From NCBI GenBank assembly GCA_030704615.1, contig CM060733.1, forward strand, positions 21,328,001-21,392,000: 64,000 bases of DNA, in the 5' to 3' direction. Under the pieces are notes generated by a model, which made no database searches, had not been told where the DNA came from, and saw only the letters and a program-made list of their open reading frames with translations. A program made the position numbers and the translations under genes. The stretch comes from Takakia lepidozioides. Its lineage: Eukaryota > Plantae > Bryophyta. This document shows, piece by piece, positions 1-12,442 of this stretch (positions are counted from its first letter, which is position 1; every line of letters begins with the position of its first letter).

Positions 1-201
1 GCTTTCGATGATGCAGAGTCGAAAGAGAGGATACACTGGGGGTGCCATCCCCATACCTGGGACAATATAATCTCATTCATCAATCTGGTGAGAATTCCAC
101 TTTCTTTCCTTTTCTCTGAATGTTTCGGTTGGCACAAGTATTTCAGTCTCGTTCTTGAAAACATTCTTGCCATCGTTCTTATAAAAACATGTCTGTTGCA
201 G

Positions 202-1260
202 GTGAGCACAGGTCCCACCTTCGTGTGCGGGTGCTCAGAAAAACTTATTGGGCCCCGACATTGTCATTCTCGAAATTCCGGATGGCCAGGCTGTGCCAGA
301 AGTTCTTCCAAAGGGGCAAGACGCCAGGGTGGGGAACAACGTCGAGGACAACTACTGGAGTTGGGTATTCGGGTTCTGTAACAATTTCCTCTCGATGCAG
401 GGACACTTCTGCTTTTTCAGTAAGGTGACAATGATAGTCGTCGGGCATTGGCATCATACCTCAAGTCTTCAGGGTTTGAAGTTTTGCGCACATGGAATTG
501 TGTGAAAAGCCTCTACCTTGTGAAAGGGGGTTTCCCTGGTCAGCTGGTATGCCGTCTGCCTTTGTTTATGCTTTGATCATGAGTTTCAATTTTCTCTGCA
601 GCCCACTCTAGTAGAATGTTTTATGATCGACACCGATCATCAACGATTCATGGTTTTTTGGTGTCAGAGTGCTGAATAGCGATGTACACACTTCCACTTT
701 AGATGTGTTTACCCACACTAACCTGCTATCTTTGGCCAGCGAGGATGTTCGAGGCGATCTGCCTGCGGAGGATTCGCACATCAAAGACACCATCCTCCAT
801 CCGCAGCTTTGAGATTCTGACCAAGGTTGTTTCGTCAACCCCCCCTATGAGCCCAATGTCGATGACATTTGTACAAATTCATGCCAGTCCAGTCAGACTC
901 TGAAGAGACCAGATGGCACTCCCTGGAGAGGTGCAAAGGAGGAAAGTCACCCGCATTCATGCAAAATACTGCTGGAGTCATGCAGCCACCGCTCTGCACA
1001 GGTGGCGATCTTTCTGTGTCCACATGTTCGTTTTCTCCCTTCCGAATTGGTTTCCTTTCAACAGTTTCATCTGCTTTAAATCCCTCCTCCAAAACTGCTT
1101 ATGTTCCTGTCTGGTGCAGGAGCAATTACCACGCATGCAAGGCAGGCGGACGAAAGAAGCCTTTTTGGTATGGGGTGATTCTGACCTCTACAACACAGTG
1201 CTCCTCCCCCTTTTGTCTGGCTCAACTCAGGCACACAGACTGATCGGATTCTATTTGAAA
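202..1260 (+). pseudogene. Degraded, intron-containing DNA amino-methyltransferase-like (N6_N4_Mtase, beta-class order) gene; may extend left of window
   Basis: Pieced across frameshifts: PDIVILEIPDG...YWSWVFGFCNNFLSMQG (248-420, DPPY-position motif); LASYLKSSGFEVLRTWNC (~445-500); PDGTPWRGAK-KSPAFMQ-ILLESCS...DLSVST (908-1024); after an apparent intron, SNYHACKAGGR...DSDLYNTVLLPL (1120-1215). Splice-like sites ag|202, 546|gt, ag|1120. Confidence 0.5.
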
Positions 1261-1759
1261 TGATGACGATCCCGAAGATAAGCAGGTCGACAACGACTTT
1301 TCATGTGAGTAAGTGCTAAACCCTCTTGGGAGTCATACTCAATTTCTCGATAACATCAAGTTACAGTAATAACTTTTTCAGGCTGTCTTTCAGGAAAGCA
1401 GCGGTGGATCTTCAGGAGATACAGTATTCTGGCGAGTCTGTTTTCGACAGCCCCCTTTCCAATTTTCTGCTCCTGTTTATGCCGAAGCAATGGCACTTCA
1501 CGCGTCCGAGTCCCTATCCCTGACTTTTTAGTGCCAGCCGTAGTGTATCCAGCGTGGATCCGGTGTTCTAAAATACTTAGACTTAGATGCAGAGGAAGAG
1601 GGGATACATTGTACTGACTCTGAGTCAGACTGAACTGTATTCTTTTTATATTCATTTTCATATTATCTGGGAAAACGTTGAATCCCCTTACTCTACCGTA
1701 GTTGTTCCTTTAGAACAAATAATAATCACAGAATCAACTTTCGTTTAAATTGCTATATG

Positions 1760-2115
1760 TATGAATCCATCTCACAACCTTCCTGACTCTTTCATATCCA
1801 TTGTGCATTCATCTACACTGTTATTCATGCGTGCTCCATTCATGAACGCTTCCTTTGTACAACATCCATTGTACATTCATCCTCTGTACTCTTTAATCCA
1901 CCCCACAAACCTTCCACACTCATTTCATATACTTTGTGCATTCGTCAAAAGATTTGGTCATGCATCTTCCTGTCATGAATTTTTGTCATTGCTCAACATC
2001 CATTATACATTCATCCATTTTACTCTTATCCATCCGTCATTCATCCATCTACATAGATTTTTCAAACTCATCCATCTGTTTATCATCCAACTGTACATTC
2101 ATCCATCATTTATTC
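1760..2115. repeat. Low-complexity (ATTCAT/ATCCAT)-rich degenerate tandem region
   Basis: Many copies of cattcat/catccat; the His/Ile-rich ORFs here are by-products. Confidence 0.6.
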
Positions 2116-2199
2116 AATGCCTTTTATTATGTCGTCCAGCTTGTTTCCGCGGTAAAGGGTGCCAATCCGCGGGAATACACTCCACTTCTTTCTGGGTGC

Positions 2200-2338
2200 G
2201 TGGTGACTCGGCCTCCACGTGTGATGACGTGGACTGAGCCCCGTGACGTGGCATTTGCGCAAGGTGACGTGGCGTGAGCGCAGTCGCGCCCACGCGCTCA
2301 CGTGCTCACGTGACTAGGCTCACGCCGAGGCATCCCTG
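2200..2338. repeat. ACGT/CTCACG-rich motif cluster ending GCATCCC (putative TE subterminal region)
   Basis: Repeated gacgtgg/ctcacg; ends ctaggctcacg...gcatccc as at 28180-28318. Confidence 0.5.
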
Positions 2339-2355
2339 CGAACCAGCTCCCCCCT

Positions 2356-2935
2356 GTGGTGGAGTCCATGTGCCTCGACAAAGTCTGGCACATAGAACGC
2401 ACCACTGCTGGGTTTCGAGTGGAGTGCACGGCAATCAGAGCAACCAATCGTGAGAAATGCAAGTCCTCCATATCCAGAGGCAAGGTCCGCACTCCGGCTC
2501 CGATCTTCACTGGTTTGTTCACGCCTTACGGGCAAGCCGAGGCAAAGAACCACAAATTCTGGTTTTGCCCTGACGACTGTGGTAGGTGTGTGCGTGGGAC
2601 TGTGCGACCATCACTTGTCATGAAGCCTCCTCCACCAAGCGTTTGGCCTGACCTTCACATCCGCTATGCACGACCGGTTGTACGACATCACAGTTTCAAA
2701 TTTCCCCAACTGCACCTGTCCAGATTTTGTTGGCATGCTTACAACAAGTTTGGGAAAGACATGCAAATTTATACCCTGCAAGCATCTGTATTTTATCTTC
2801 TTGAACAGAATGGTATGTGATCCCAGACGCGACATCTTCATTCACTAGACGACCATGAGTTTCAACGAGGTGAATACACTTATGCAGCGGGATAGGAGCA
2901 CATAACATCCTCTTCACTTTGGTCATCTGCAAATT
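2356..2935 (+). pseudogene. Cys-rich SWIM zinc-finger protein remnant
   Basis: WHIER...C...KC...TPAPIFTG...FWFCPDD..RCVRG...PSVWP, then a frame break to YDITVSNFPNCTCPDF...FIPCKHLYFIF (CxC-x-CxH SWIM motif). Confidence 0.7.
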
Positions 2936-3169
2936 CCATTACTGGATTTCACAAGAGTTGAAACTTGAACTTGATGTCACTTCATATATTTGATGCCAAT
3001 GCAGCCTCCAATTATGTTGTACAATGTGTGCCATTTCTTTCTTGTGTGTAGTCGTTCGAAAATAAATGGAATGGATGCAAATGCTTTCACAAGTCGTTCC
3101 TGCATTTTAATTTCTGGTGTTTTGCATGAATGAATGCCACGGCTATAGGCCCCTCGGCTATAGGTGCTA

Positions 3170-3423
3170 CATGTTTATGATGACATGGCATCTGGCAAGT
3201 TGTCCAGATGCCACGTTATTCTGACGACTGCCACGTCAGCCGGATACTGACACGTCAGCAGGCCCACGCCACGTCAGCCTCACGCTCACGCCACGTCAGC
3301 GCGACCCCACGCTCACGCCACATCAGCTGGTGTGAGCCTACGCTCACGCCACATCACCTCCGCGTGATGGTACACTCTCACGCTCACGCACTCACGCTCC
3401 CGCTCACGCCCTCCACATTTCCC
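3170..3423. repeat. CCACGTCAGC/CTCACG tandem motif cluster
   Basis: Multiple ccacgtcagc and cgctcacg copies right after the SWIM remnant. Confidence 0.6.
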
Positions 3424-3479
3424 TGGATTATGCCTGCACGAAGCAAGGCCAACTGCATTCAGCACCCTCCACTTTATTA

Positions 3480-3937
3480 TAGTATTGCAACAACATTCAG
3501 AGCACAATTTGTATCCATCGAGAACATCTAGGCTGGAAAAAGACATTGTTGCAGCAGAACTTAGGAAAGTACTTCTCCCCTTCCACTACACACGTGAAAT
3601 GAAAGAAGCCAACCAACAGCATACCAGCCAAGAAAATATGAAACGAGCCAAGAAAAGAGCCAGTATACGCAGTGAAGGTCGACACTAAATGAAACTTATC
3701 CATCACTTACATTAGAGGAGGGTTCTTTTCCTGCAACGGGAAGACTGCAAATGCCCAGCTTGCACCAGGTGCGACCAGGAAATTGAAACTGAAGAACACT
3801 TCTTTTAGTGCCCTCTGTATTATGAAATCTATGGGAGAATCCACTGTCTATTCCGTGGAACTCAATCTCTCACTGAAGTCTCCATTAAATGCTTGGCAGC
3901 TTACTTGCGCGAGGCCTTGACCTTAGGCAATCCCTGA
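3480..3937 (+). mobile_element. LINE ORF2 C-terminal relic
   Basis: CTRCDQEIETEEHFF*CPLYYEI (CxxC-E-H-C motif typical of LINE ORF2 ends) at ~3762-3830. Confidence 0.6.
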
Positions 3938-5558
3938 AAACAATAGTTGCTTTTGGGCTGCTTTTGGCTCTAGTTTTGTCTTATAAAGTTTCATTTCATT
4001 TCTTTGAAAGAAATATCCACGAATGATGGGCAATCACTTTGATTGGAAGTCAAGAGAGGGGTTCAAAATGGTAAACAATCTACACTGCTTGTTGAGCTAA
4101 TGATGGTTGATGGCATGGGCTTGTGGGGAGCTGCAGGCAACAATCATGTGGATAGGACTGCTTGAGATGCTAATATTGTACAAGCTTTTTTTTCCATCAG
4201 TCAAGGATGCCACTTTTTTTAGAGCTATGGTGTTGCAGACCTCATCAGCACCTGCTGTAATTCATTCTTCCTTCTCCATTTCTCGCATACAACACTTTGG
4301 CTCGCAAAAATGGGGCTGGACTTGATTGTGGCATTTGCCGTTTAGAATGAGCCATATTAATGACCTAGTTGCTGCAGCTCTTGTGTGGAATAGTGTAACG
4401 ATGGGCTGAGTAGTCAAATGCAACCAGAGGTGATCAAAATGTGAAGTGGACAAGCTAGGCTGGTGTCTCCTAACTGTTTGTATCCTAAGGGAATCATTCA
4501 TTTGTAGCATCAGTCATAACAGAAGGCCTGGATCAAACAGACCATGCCGAAGTCTACAGAATACTATACTATAGGCCTACTTCAGTTTTATGGAATCACA
4601 GCCGGTTAAACAGACGCAAGGTCTGCACTGTACAGGACCTAACCTACAGATGACATAGCCCAAGCATACCTTTTTGCAACCATAACTCCAGCTTCTCACT
4701 TCTTGTAGTCACCCCACCACAGGTACACATAAACGCGCTAATTTCTGGTGCGATCTTGGAGTAACCCACATAAGAGTCCCAACCACCGGTTACACCAAAT
4801 TTTGTCATGTGCAAGGGGAACCATTGACCCTGCATGCCCATAGCTTCAAATTCAAATACGCTTGCTATACTTTAGACTACCAACACACATGACAAACCAA
4901 ACTTGTTCATAGCACTTGTCACCCAAAATCTCCGCTATACGACACCTACTGCCCAAACTGATTCCCACCTGATGGTCCATCCGTGCTGTGCGTGTTTGGA
5001 TAACCACTTGCACTATAACCAACTCCACCCTACCCTCGTTGGCTTGGTCTGGGGCTCAATCTCCACCATTGAACAACGCTGCACCCCACAATCCCTATTA
5101 TCACAACGTGAGACCTCCCCCTCTACTATTCAAGACACCAAATCAATCAAACCATGGCAGCGTTCTGTCATCTCATCCTCACCCACTGGCTCTCAACAAC
5201 GAACGGACACACATTTACTCAAGCAAAATTCACCCACCACGTTGTATTAATGACCGAGAACGAGTCAGTATTCAACCAAAAATAAAATACAACCCCCAAC
5301 CAAATATTATTTACTACCCTCACTTTCTTGACGTCATGAGGTCCGCACCTTCCTCATCTCACACCTTGCATATGCTGCCTAGATCTGATCCACACAAAGC
5401 TCGTAATGTGACATTAAATCAAGATCCAAACCATTTGAAATCTAAACCGAATGAAAATAAACATGAAAAAGATATCATATAAACAACATTCATAATCCAA
5501 ATCTATTTGTTGTATCAAAACGAGCCAGAGTCATTACACCGGTCAAATTAATATTAAA

Positions 5559-5740
5559 TGAAACAAGCCTCAAATTGCAATGGGCTCTCTTGCCTTGGCA
5601 AAACATAAGAGGAAGAGAAAACTAGGGAGCATGATTCAGCACACCACAAAATCGGAGGCTTGACACAGTGTAAGTCCTTTGACCACATTTTCTCCGTTGA
5701 TTTTAACATGATGCGTAGTGTCTCTCTACAAGACAACCAA
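5559..5740. repeat. Single copy of a ~190-bp dispersed repeat
   Basis: Shares gaaacaagcctcaaa...ggcaaaacataaga...cttgacac.gtgtaag...gaccacattttctccgttga with the two tandem units at 62773-63152. Confidence 0.8.
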
Positions 5741-6588
5741 TTATGTTCATCTGTTCATAAAACTTGAATATAGTCCATCTATCCGGACGTAGTTCTCAGA
5801 AGTCGTCGCTAGTAGTGCGGAGCAACGTGAAGCCCTAGTATGTAGATAAATAATTAATTCTAGCGACGACCCAAGGTCGAGAGCTAGTTCAGCGTGGAGC
5901 ATGAATAGGGTGCCATAGTGCCACATCATCGTTGTCACGCCACGTCGTCATCGTCATGCCACGCCGTCATCGTCAGCCACGTCATCATTGTCATTTTACT
6001 TTGAGCTGCCCATATTGCCCGAAGTAATTCCCTCAACGGGCGTACTTGTCGGAGCACTTGGGGTGTGGGTATAGCAGCACACACAAGAGGTCCTATTGGG
6101 TTCATGGTCAGTCAAATCCTCCATGGGTCACGACACAAGGTCGAGGACAATGTGGTGAGGGCACCCTCTTATTCGACCTATTTCAGCCTGTTTTGCCCTC
6201 TCATCAGACTCGGCCCTGAATTTGGATATTGAATTTTGTAAGCTAGCTCGTTGTGTGGATCTGTGGTGGTTGGAGTAGGCCGTGTTTCAATTTCTGCCCG
6301 CTCAGCTGCACCGTGGTGGTTCTCACAGACCAATCCGACGTTACCTGACTACAAGCACAAGCAACACACACAAGAAGACCTCTTGGGTCAAGCACATGGT
6401 TAGTGTAGCAGTGCTGAAATCGAACATTGTTTTTTCTAGTGGTATGTCTACTTTTGCCCTAATCAACATTGAGTGAAACTGTAACGAGGGCGCCACGACA
6501 TCCGATGTAACATGGATGCTTCTTAGGCGAATATGTCACTAGTCCTCAAAATCCATTTCAACCCTGTCGTCCCACAAAATGTTCCACT

Positions 6589-7784
6589 CACTACAACAAA
6601 TGGGGGGTGGGGGGTTTGCGACGCCAGCCACGCCCCCACGTCTCGCGCGGCGCTGAGCCTGCGACGCCAAGCTTGCGGCGCTGAGCGACGCTTTTTTGCG
6701 ACGCCCCGGCGTCGCAATCCCCCGCTATGACACCATTACGACGCCCAACCGTCGTAAGATGGCATGAAGGGGGAAAGAGGGCCCTCGCTGCGACAAATTT
6801 TTTTTCTTGCGACGCCCCGGCGTCGGAAATCCAAAAAAAAAAAGTACGTTGCAACACCTCGGCTCGCAAAAGCGTCACTAAGGGCGCCCCAGCGCCTCTG
6901 CGACGCCAGGGCGTCGCAACATCATCACCATAGTGAGAGTTTGTTTTTTTTTTTTTAAAGGCTTTGCGGCTCTCAACTTCACAAAAGCGTCGATGGGGGC
7001 GCCCCGCGTTGGGACGCCCAACGTTGCGACGCCAGGGGGTCGCAACGACGTCGCCACATGGGGTTGCAATGGTGTTGTGGTCAGCTTAGGTCATCACAAG
7101 GACGTCGCTTGGGGCGCCTGGCGGTGGGGGGGTGCAACAACGGCGACGATGCTGGGGCTGGGGCTGGGGTTGGGGCTGGGCACTAAGGCTGTGGAGGTTG
7201 CAACTCCCCGGCGTCACAAGAGAGACCCCCTTAGAAGGAACTTGAAGGCTCTTGAAGGAAATCTTTATATGTGTATATATATATTTAGATTGCTTTTGTG
7301 ATACATAGATGTAACGTATGTGTGTTGGTTAATTTGTATTGTCTTAAAAATGTTATAACGTGGAGGTCTTACGTTCAAGTATGCATTACATGACATATGT
7401 AGAACAATAAACATATCGCCATTAGACAGAACTAGAGTCAACGATCAACAAGTTTTTGAAATTCAAAATTCAAATTCAAAATTTCCCGCCTAAATTCAAA
7501 TGTACCCCCTTAAATTGTGACATCCGGGCGTCACACTTTGCGACCCCCGGACGGTGCTAATTTTGCTTTGCAGAGTAGTTTTTTTTTTTTTTTTTCCCGA
7601 CGCCCGGGCGTCGCAAATCGCGGTTTCGCCTATTTGCGACCCCCATTGGTCGCAAATTTGCGATGTTTTTTTGGCGACGCCCTTTGCGACGCCCGGGTGT
7701 CGCAAATTTGGGTTTTCCCACTTGCCCGAAAAGGGCTGTTTTACGACGCCGCGGCGTCGAAACGCCCCCTCGTTTCCTGTAGTG
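6589..7784. mobile_element. Non-autonomous CACTA element (~1.2 kb)
   Basis: Starts CACTACAACAAATGGGGG, ends CCCCTCGTTTCCTGTAGTG; 3-bp flanks ACT/ATT (TSD with 1 mismatch); many GCGACGCC subterminal repeats in both orientations; AT-rich non-coding centre. Confidence 0.9.
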
Positions 7785-8560
7785 ATTTCTTCACTGGCTT
7801 TCCTATTCCACCTTCGAATGGATCGGTGGCACTCCGGTTCAAGACCTCCTGCTAGACCCATGAGAATGGAATTGGAAATTTGGAACCTCTCCCACCCCCT
7901 TCCTTTCATATTCTGCTAAAAAAGCCTATAGAGCCCTTCTTAATGCCACGCCATTGTACGCTAAGTGGAATGGGAAATGGTTCCATGAAGGTTTCCAAGA
8001 CGAGAATTGGGAATGCATTTGGAGAATAGAATGGGAAAAATCCAAAACCTGCCAGGATCAGTGCCTTCCTATGGCAGGTTGCAAACAGGGTCCTCAAGGT
8101 TGGTCAGTTCCTAAATTTCCCGGAAGCCCTGCTCTGTTCGTGCTATACAACAGGATCCATAGAAACCCTCGAGCATTGCCTCCTTCAATGCCAGGCTCCT
8201 CGGCTTATATGGCATCTAGTGGGGTCCCTCTACAATGCTTGGGAGCCTATTCCAACCGACCAAGTGATGCTGCTGCTAAACTATGATAAGAGATCGAATA
8301 CCATAGCCAGAAATGCACTGTCTTTGAAGCACTAAGAGGAGCGACTCTATGGCATCTATGGAAGGCAAGATGTAATTGGTCTCTGGATAGCACTACTGCC
8401 ACTGCTACTCTGTCCAAAATTTTCTTTGACCTCATCATTGCAGCTAAAATCGCTTGGGCTAAAGTTTGTGCAGGCATCGCCAAGACCCCTGAGCGTTTAC
8501 CTGTCCTCATCGCCAGATTCCAAGCTTCATGGGGGAGAGGAGGCCTCATATGTAATTGTT
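7785..8560 (+). mobile_element. L1-type LINE relic (zf-RVT region), interrupted by the CACTA MITE
   Basis: YSAKKAYRAL...WECIW...PARISAFLWQVANRVL...C.C...ETLEHCLLQC...LWHLWKARC across frameshifts; probably continues for a short distance left of 6589. Confidence 0.75.
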
Positions 8561-10959
8561 TGGGTCCGGACTCCTGCGATTGGCCAGGGGATATCTCCCA
8601 ACAATGGAGATGACACCGATCCCTGCTATTCCACTTCCCCTGAATTCGATAAATCGGATGTGAATTGGAAGCATGTTAAGGCCAACACAAGGACAAACCT
8701 CTTCTACAAGTAGATCATGTCTCTGCATGCTTCTCGCGGCTTTGGCTTTCTAATCAGAATCCAGAATCCAGGCTCTCGTCGTCTATACGATCCCTATTGC
8801 AATCTTCTTCGTAGAATGCTCTAAGGATGGTTATTTCAGAGTGCACAACTGTGTTCGAGATCGCACTCAGTGGGCTCTTCGGTTCTCCAGACACGTTCTT
8901 AGCGTGTCTTTGCTGTCAGTCGGACATCATGTCTTTACTCTCATAATATCGTCACGGTTCGCCGTATGTGTAAGCCTTATGTGATAGGGAAGGCCCCAGC
9001 CCAAGGGTGTTCCGCGATTTGAGGGTTGGCTGCCGCAGATTTTTCTTGTCGGATACATCTTACAAAGCGTAAGATGCGTCCGTCCGACCAAGTTGGGAGG
9101 ATCTTACGGATTTGTAAGATGCGTCCGACGCTGCAGCCTATTTTCTGCGTGGGGAGGGGCGTCAAATAAGCAAGGAAAAATCTGAACGGTGCTTTACGGC
9201 AACCCACGGGCATAAGGGGGTTTTAATTTTTTTCCCTCCAATAATTCGAATAAATTAACCAGGGCGCAGCCTGTTCCCTAAAAAAAAAGAAAAACGCTGT
9301 GTTAGTCAGGTAGAAATATGAACAATAAACTGTAGTCCGCCCAAAGAGCACAAAAATGGTGGACCAGTGATAGCCATTTCTCTGCAGAAAAGTTTCCCAC
9401 TAAGTCCCCTTCACCTACATCTCTCCTGCTCTAAGTTATTCTCGAACTCTGTTGCTTCTCCCTTACCTCTGTTCACTCTCTTCGACCTTCATCATCTTCA
9501 CAAGCTTCGGCCATCACCCTCTTCCTAATACAACCTGAGATTGATTTTGCTAAACTTGGCACAGGAACTCACATTTTCACAAACAATTCACGAGCAGGTA
9601 AAATGCGTAGCGAGTCTACACGCTCCGCACACTCCTTTGCAAGGAGTACATCCTGTTACCACGTCAGTGCAGGTATGGATAGCCCCTCTGGCCTCACATT
9701 GCGTGCACTCACGGCAGCCATGAAGTCTGTAGTCTTCTACCTCTCTTTTTGTCTCATCTGCAGCAAACATATTTCACGTGAATTTTTTTATCGATCCATC
9801 ACCCCGAGATACTTTAATTAATTGTGAATACAAGTCGTCAGGAGTGAACGATAGTCACATGCGACTCGAATTTCTCTTCAGCTGATGCAGCAGCCTTGCT
9901 GAGTTGCTCGGTATTCCGTTCATGCTGTTGTACTCTGTCCACAACAACCCCAACTTGCGAATTGTAGGGCGTTTTCCCCTCCTGACCACTCTTCTGGATC
10001 ATTTGGCCCAAGCGCTGTCCCGGTCTGTAACAGGGTTGATCGTGACAGTATATGTGAGCACGCAAGCTTCAGGGTTTACGGTAGAGCTTTTTGTTTCACA
10101 CGCGATGGGAGTCCTGTGATTTCCTACGCTGCCGCACACTCCCTGCACTTGAGCACTTAGAGCTTGCGGTCAGCATGTATACACTAGAGATCCACAAGCA
10201 CACAAGCTCACACGGAGCTAGCGGCCTGTCAGTAGCCCCACGTGGTCTGAGGGACTCGAGTTTTGTTTTATTGTTGGCCCTGTCCTCCCAAGGCAGGACT
10301 ACGCAAAGGTTTCTCGAATATAGCACCGACACTCTCGATTAACAAACGAATTAGGTTTGAAAGCGGGAGAGAAGAAGAAGCTGAAGAAGGAAAAGGGACT
10401 GACAGATGGGTGCTAATTCTACATCAGAGGGAAGAGATGAAGAATCTGAGTACAACAAAATGAGCGAAGCTGAGAACAGAGGGGCTGCTGAAGCTTCAGA
10501 GATACGTCAAAGCATAATCTCAGTAAGAGGTCGTTTGAGAGTGTTCTGAAACACATGTATGCTTTGGAAGATGGAGATTTGAAGTCCATGATGTATGTTG
10601 ATATCTTCTTTTCATGGACGATGATTTACTTTGCATAGCTAGAGTCGTTGTAGATTGAGGGGTATGTAGTCTCAATAGAATTGGCTCAGGTTCCAGAATG
10701 TTTTATTAAAGATTGAATTGCACAACCGAGGGGCATCTATGGTCGTGTGAGGAACGTTGTGAGTCTCACAGTAATTTGGGATAACCATATCTGCACATAC
10801 ATGGCGCAATGGAGAGGATTTTCGCCCCGGATTTAAGGATGTGGTTTAAAGGTCTGAATCTTAGTGAGAGGGTAGAGAAACTGAGAATAGCAGGGTGCCA
10901 TGGCATGTGTTCAATGTCTGGCTGAGTTGTTGTCTTGAATCCAGCCAGGAGGAGCAGTA

Positions 10960-12442
10960 GATTTGAAGGTTATCGTTGGAGGGGTTCCCTACTATACAAC
11001 TGACGATGACATTCATGACTATTTCTCTGGGTGCCAAGTGTGGCACCATCGCAGAGCTGGGTTGTGTGACGTTTGCAGACCTTGGAAGGTTTTGTGGAAT
11101 GGCTTTTGTCAAATTGCTATACCGCTATTGCTATAATTTGCTATACCGGTTGTGATTAGTAAATCCTGCTGTCTACATTGTTTGCCAATTGCAAATCTTA
11201 GTGGCAACAGTCAATGACATTTCCATTACTTGGAATAGGCAGGGATGAGATCAGCACTCACTAGAGCTGTATGATGTGTGATTTCTTTCATTCATTGCAC
11301 TCCCAAATGGTACACATTGTTTTGTTAGTCTCCGTTAGAGTTTGTTTCCATGTGGTCTCATGTCTATCTTCAGATGAATTCTTAGTTATACTATGGGTTT
11401 AGCAGTCACTCTATGTGGTCTGTCACAGTGAAGATTGAGCTAGTTCTGAAACTGTGGTGTTCATATGCCTTACATATTGCGCCCTGTCATCTCCCATACA
11501 TGTCGTTTCCTTGTGTACCTTACTCCAGTGCAGAATCATATTTGATAGGTCCTTTTAGAATCTAATGGTGACAGGTCCTGGCTATGCTTGAAATGATGTT
11601 ATTCTATAGGAAGAGCAGATGCCTGCACTTTCTAGCAGGCAAAAGCTGTCAACAGACAATTCTGATGCATTGCATAGCCTTTAAAGCGGTCTGAAGCTTG
11701 TATTTCTCTAAATTTTTTTGTTATATTTGCTATTGAAGTTTCAGGTAGTAATTTCTGCCTAAGGTGATCTTCTAAATGGTTCTGCTGTTATGATGGTGCA
11801 ACACCCCATGCCATGTATGTGACCTTTCTGTGTTGGCAGACTGACGTGCCTGCACTAGCACTTGACAGGTCAGACGTGTGATTTTGTCAAATATGGACTT
11901 CCATCAATTTTTATGAGCTGTTCATGTCATCTGCGTGTTTGAAAATTTGTGCCAGTATTCTGACTGCATGTGTCAATTGATGTCTTCTACTGTGGAAGAT
12001 TTGAGTGGGTTCTAGATGATTATCAGAGAATTTCATAATAATGTTTTGTGTGGTATTTGCAGGTGTGGCTGTTCTTGAAAATTGGCCTTTGCAAATTTAA
12101 ACCCGGAGATATTTCTAACAAAGAGAGAATCCTTCTTCAAAACACAAGGGCTGCACATCTGCATATGTAGGGACTCTGGCCTGGGATATCACACAAAAAG
12201 AACTTGCAAGAACTTCCGGGGTTTTGGACGTTGATTTTGCAGATGATGAGTGCTAGAAACTGCTATGAAGCTAGATCAACATGAGGTCCTTGGTAGACCT
12301 CTTTAGATAGCATATGCAATGTTCAAGCAGAGCGAAGTTAGAGTTGAGATAAAGCAGACCCTGCAAAAAGGCACGGGCTTGCTATAGTTGTGGTGAAGAA
12401 GGGCATCCTTCATACCACTCCCCTAAGGAACCAGCGAATTAA
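10960..12442 (+). pseudogene. PHIP1/gar2-like 2xRRM + zinc-knuckle pseudogene with introns
   Basis: KVIVGGVPYYTTDDDIHDYFS..CGTIAEL.C.TF.D.GRF.GMAFV (10963-11115); mini-exon TDVPALALDRSD (11840-11877); FLKI..CK...SAYVGTLAWDITQKEL...VDFADDE..AMKLDQHEVLGRPL*IAYA...CYSCGEEGH (12063-12442). Contains stops, frameshifts and an RRM2 deletion. Confidence 0.75.

Noticed and set aside
6523-7919. Many Arg/Ala-rich ORFs
   Set aside because: Translations of CACTA subterminal repeats.
9541-10342. Cys-rich and other short ORFs
   Set aside because: Look coding-like but could not be assigned to a family or joined.
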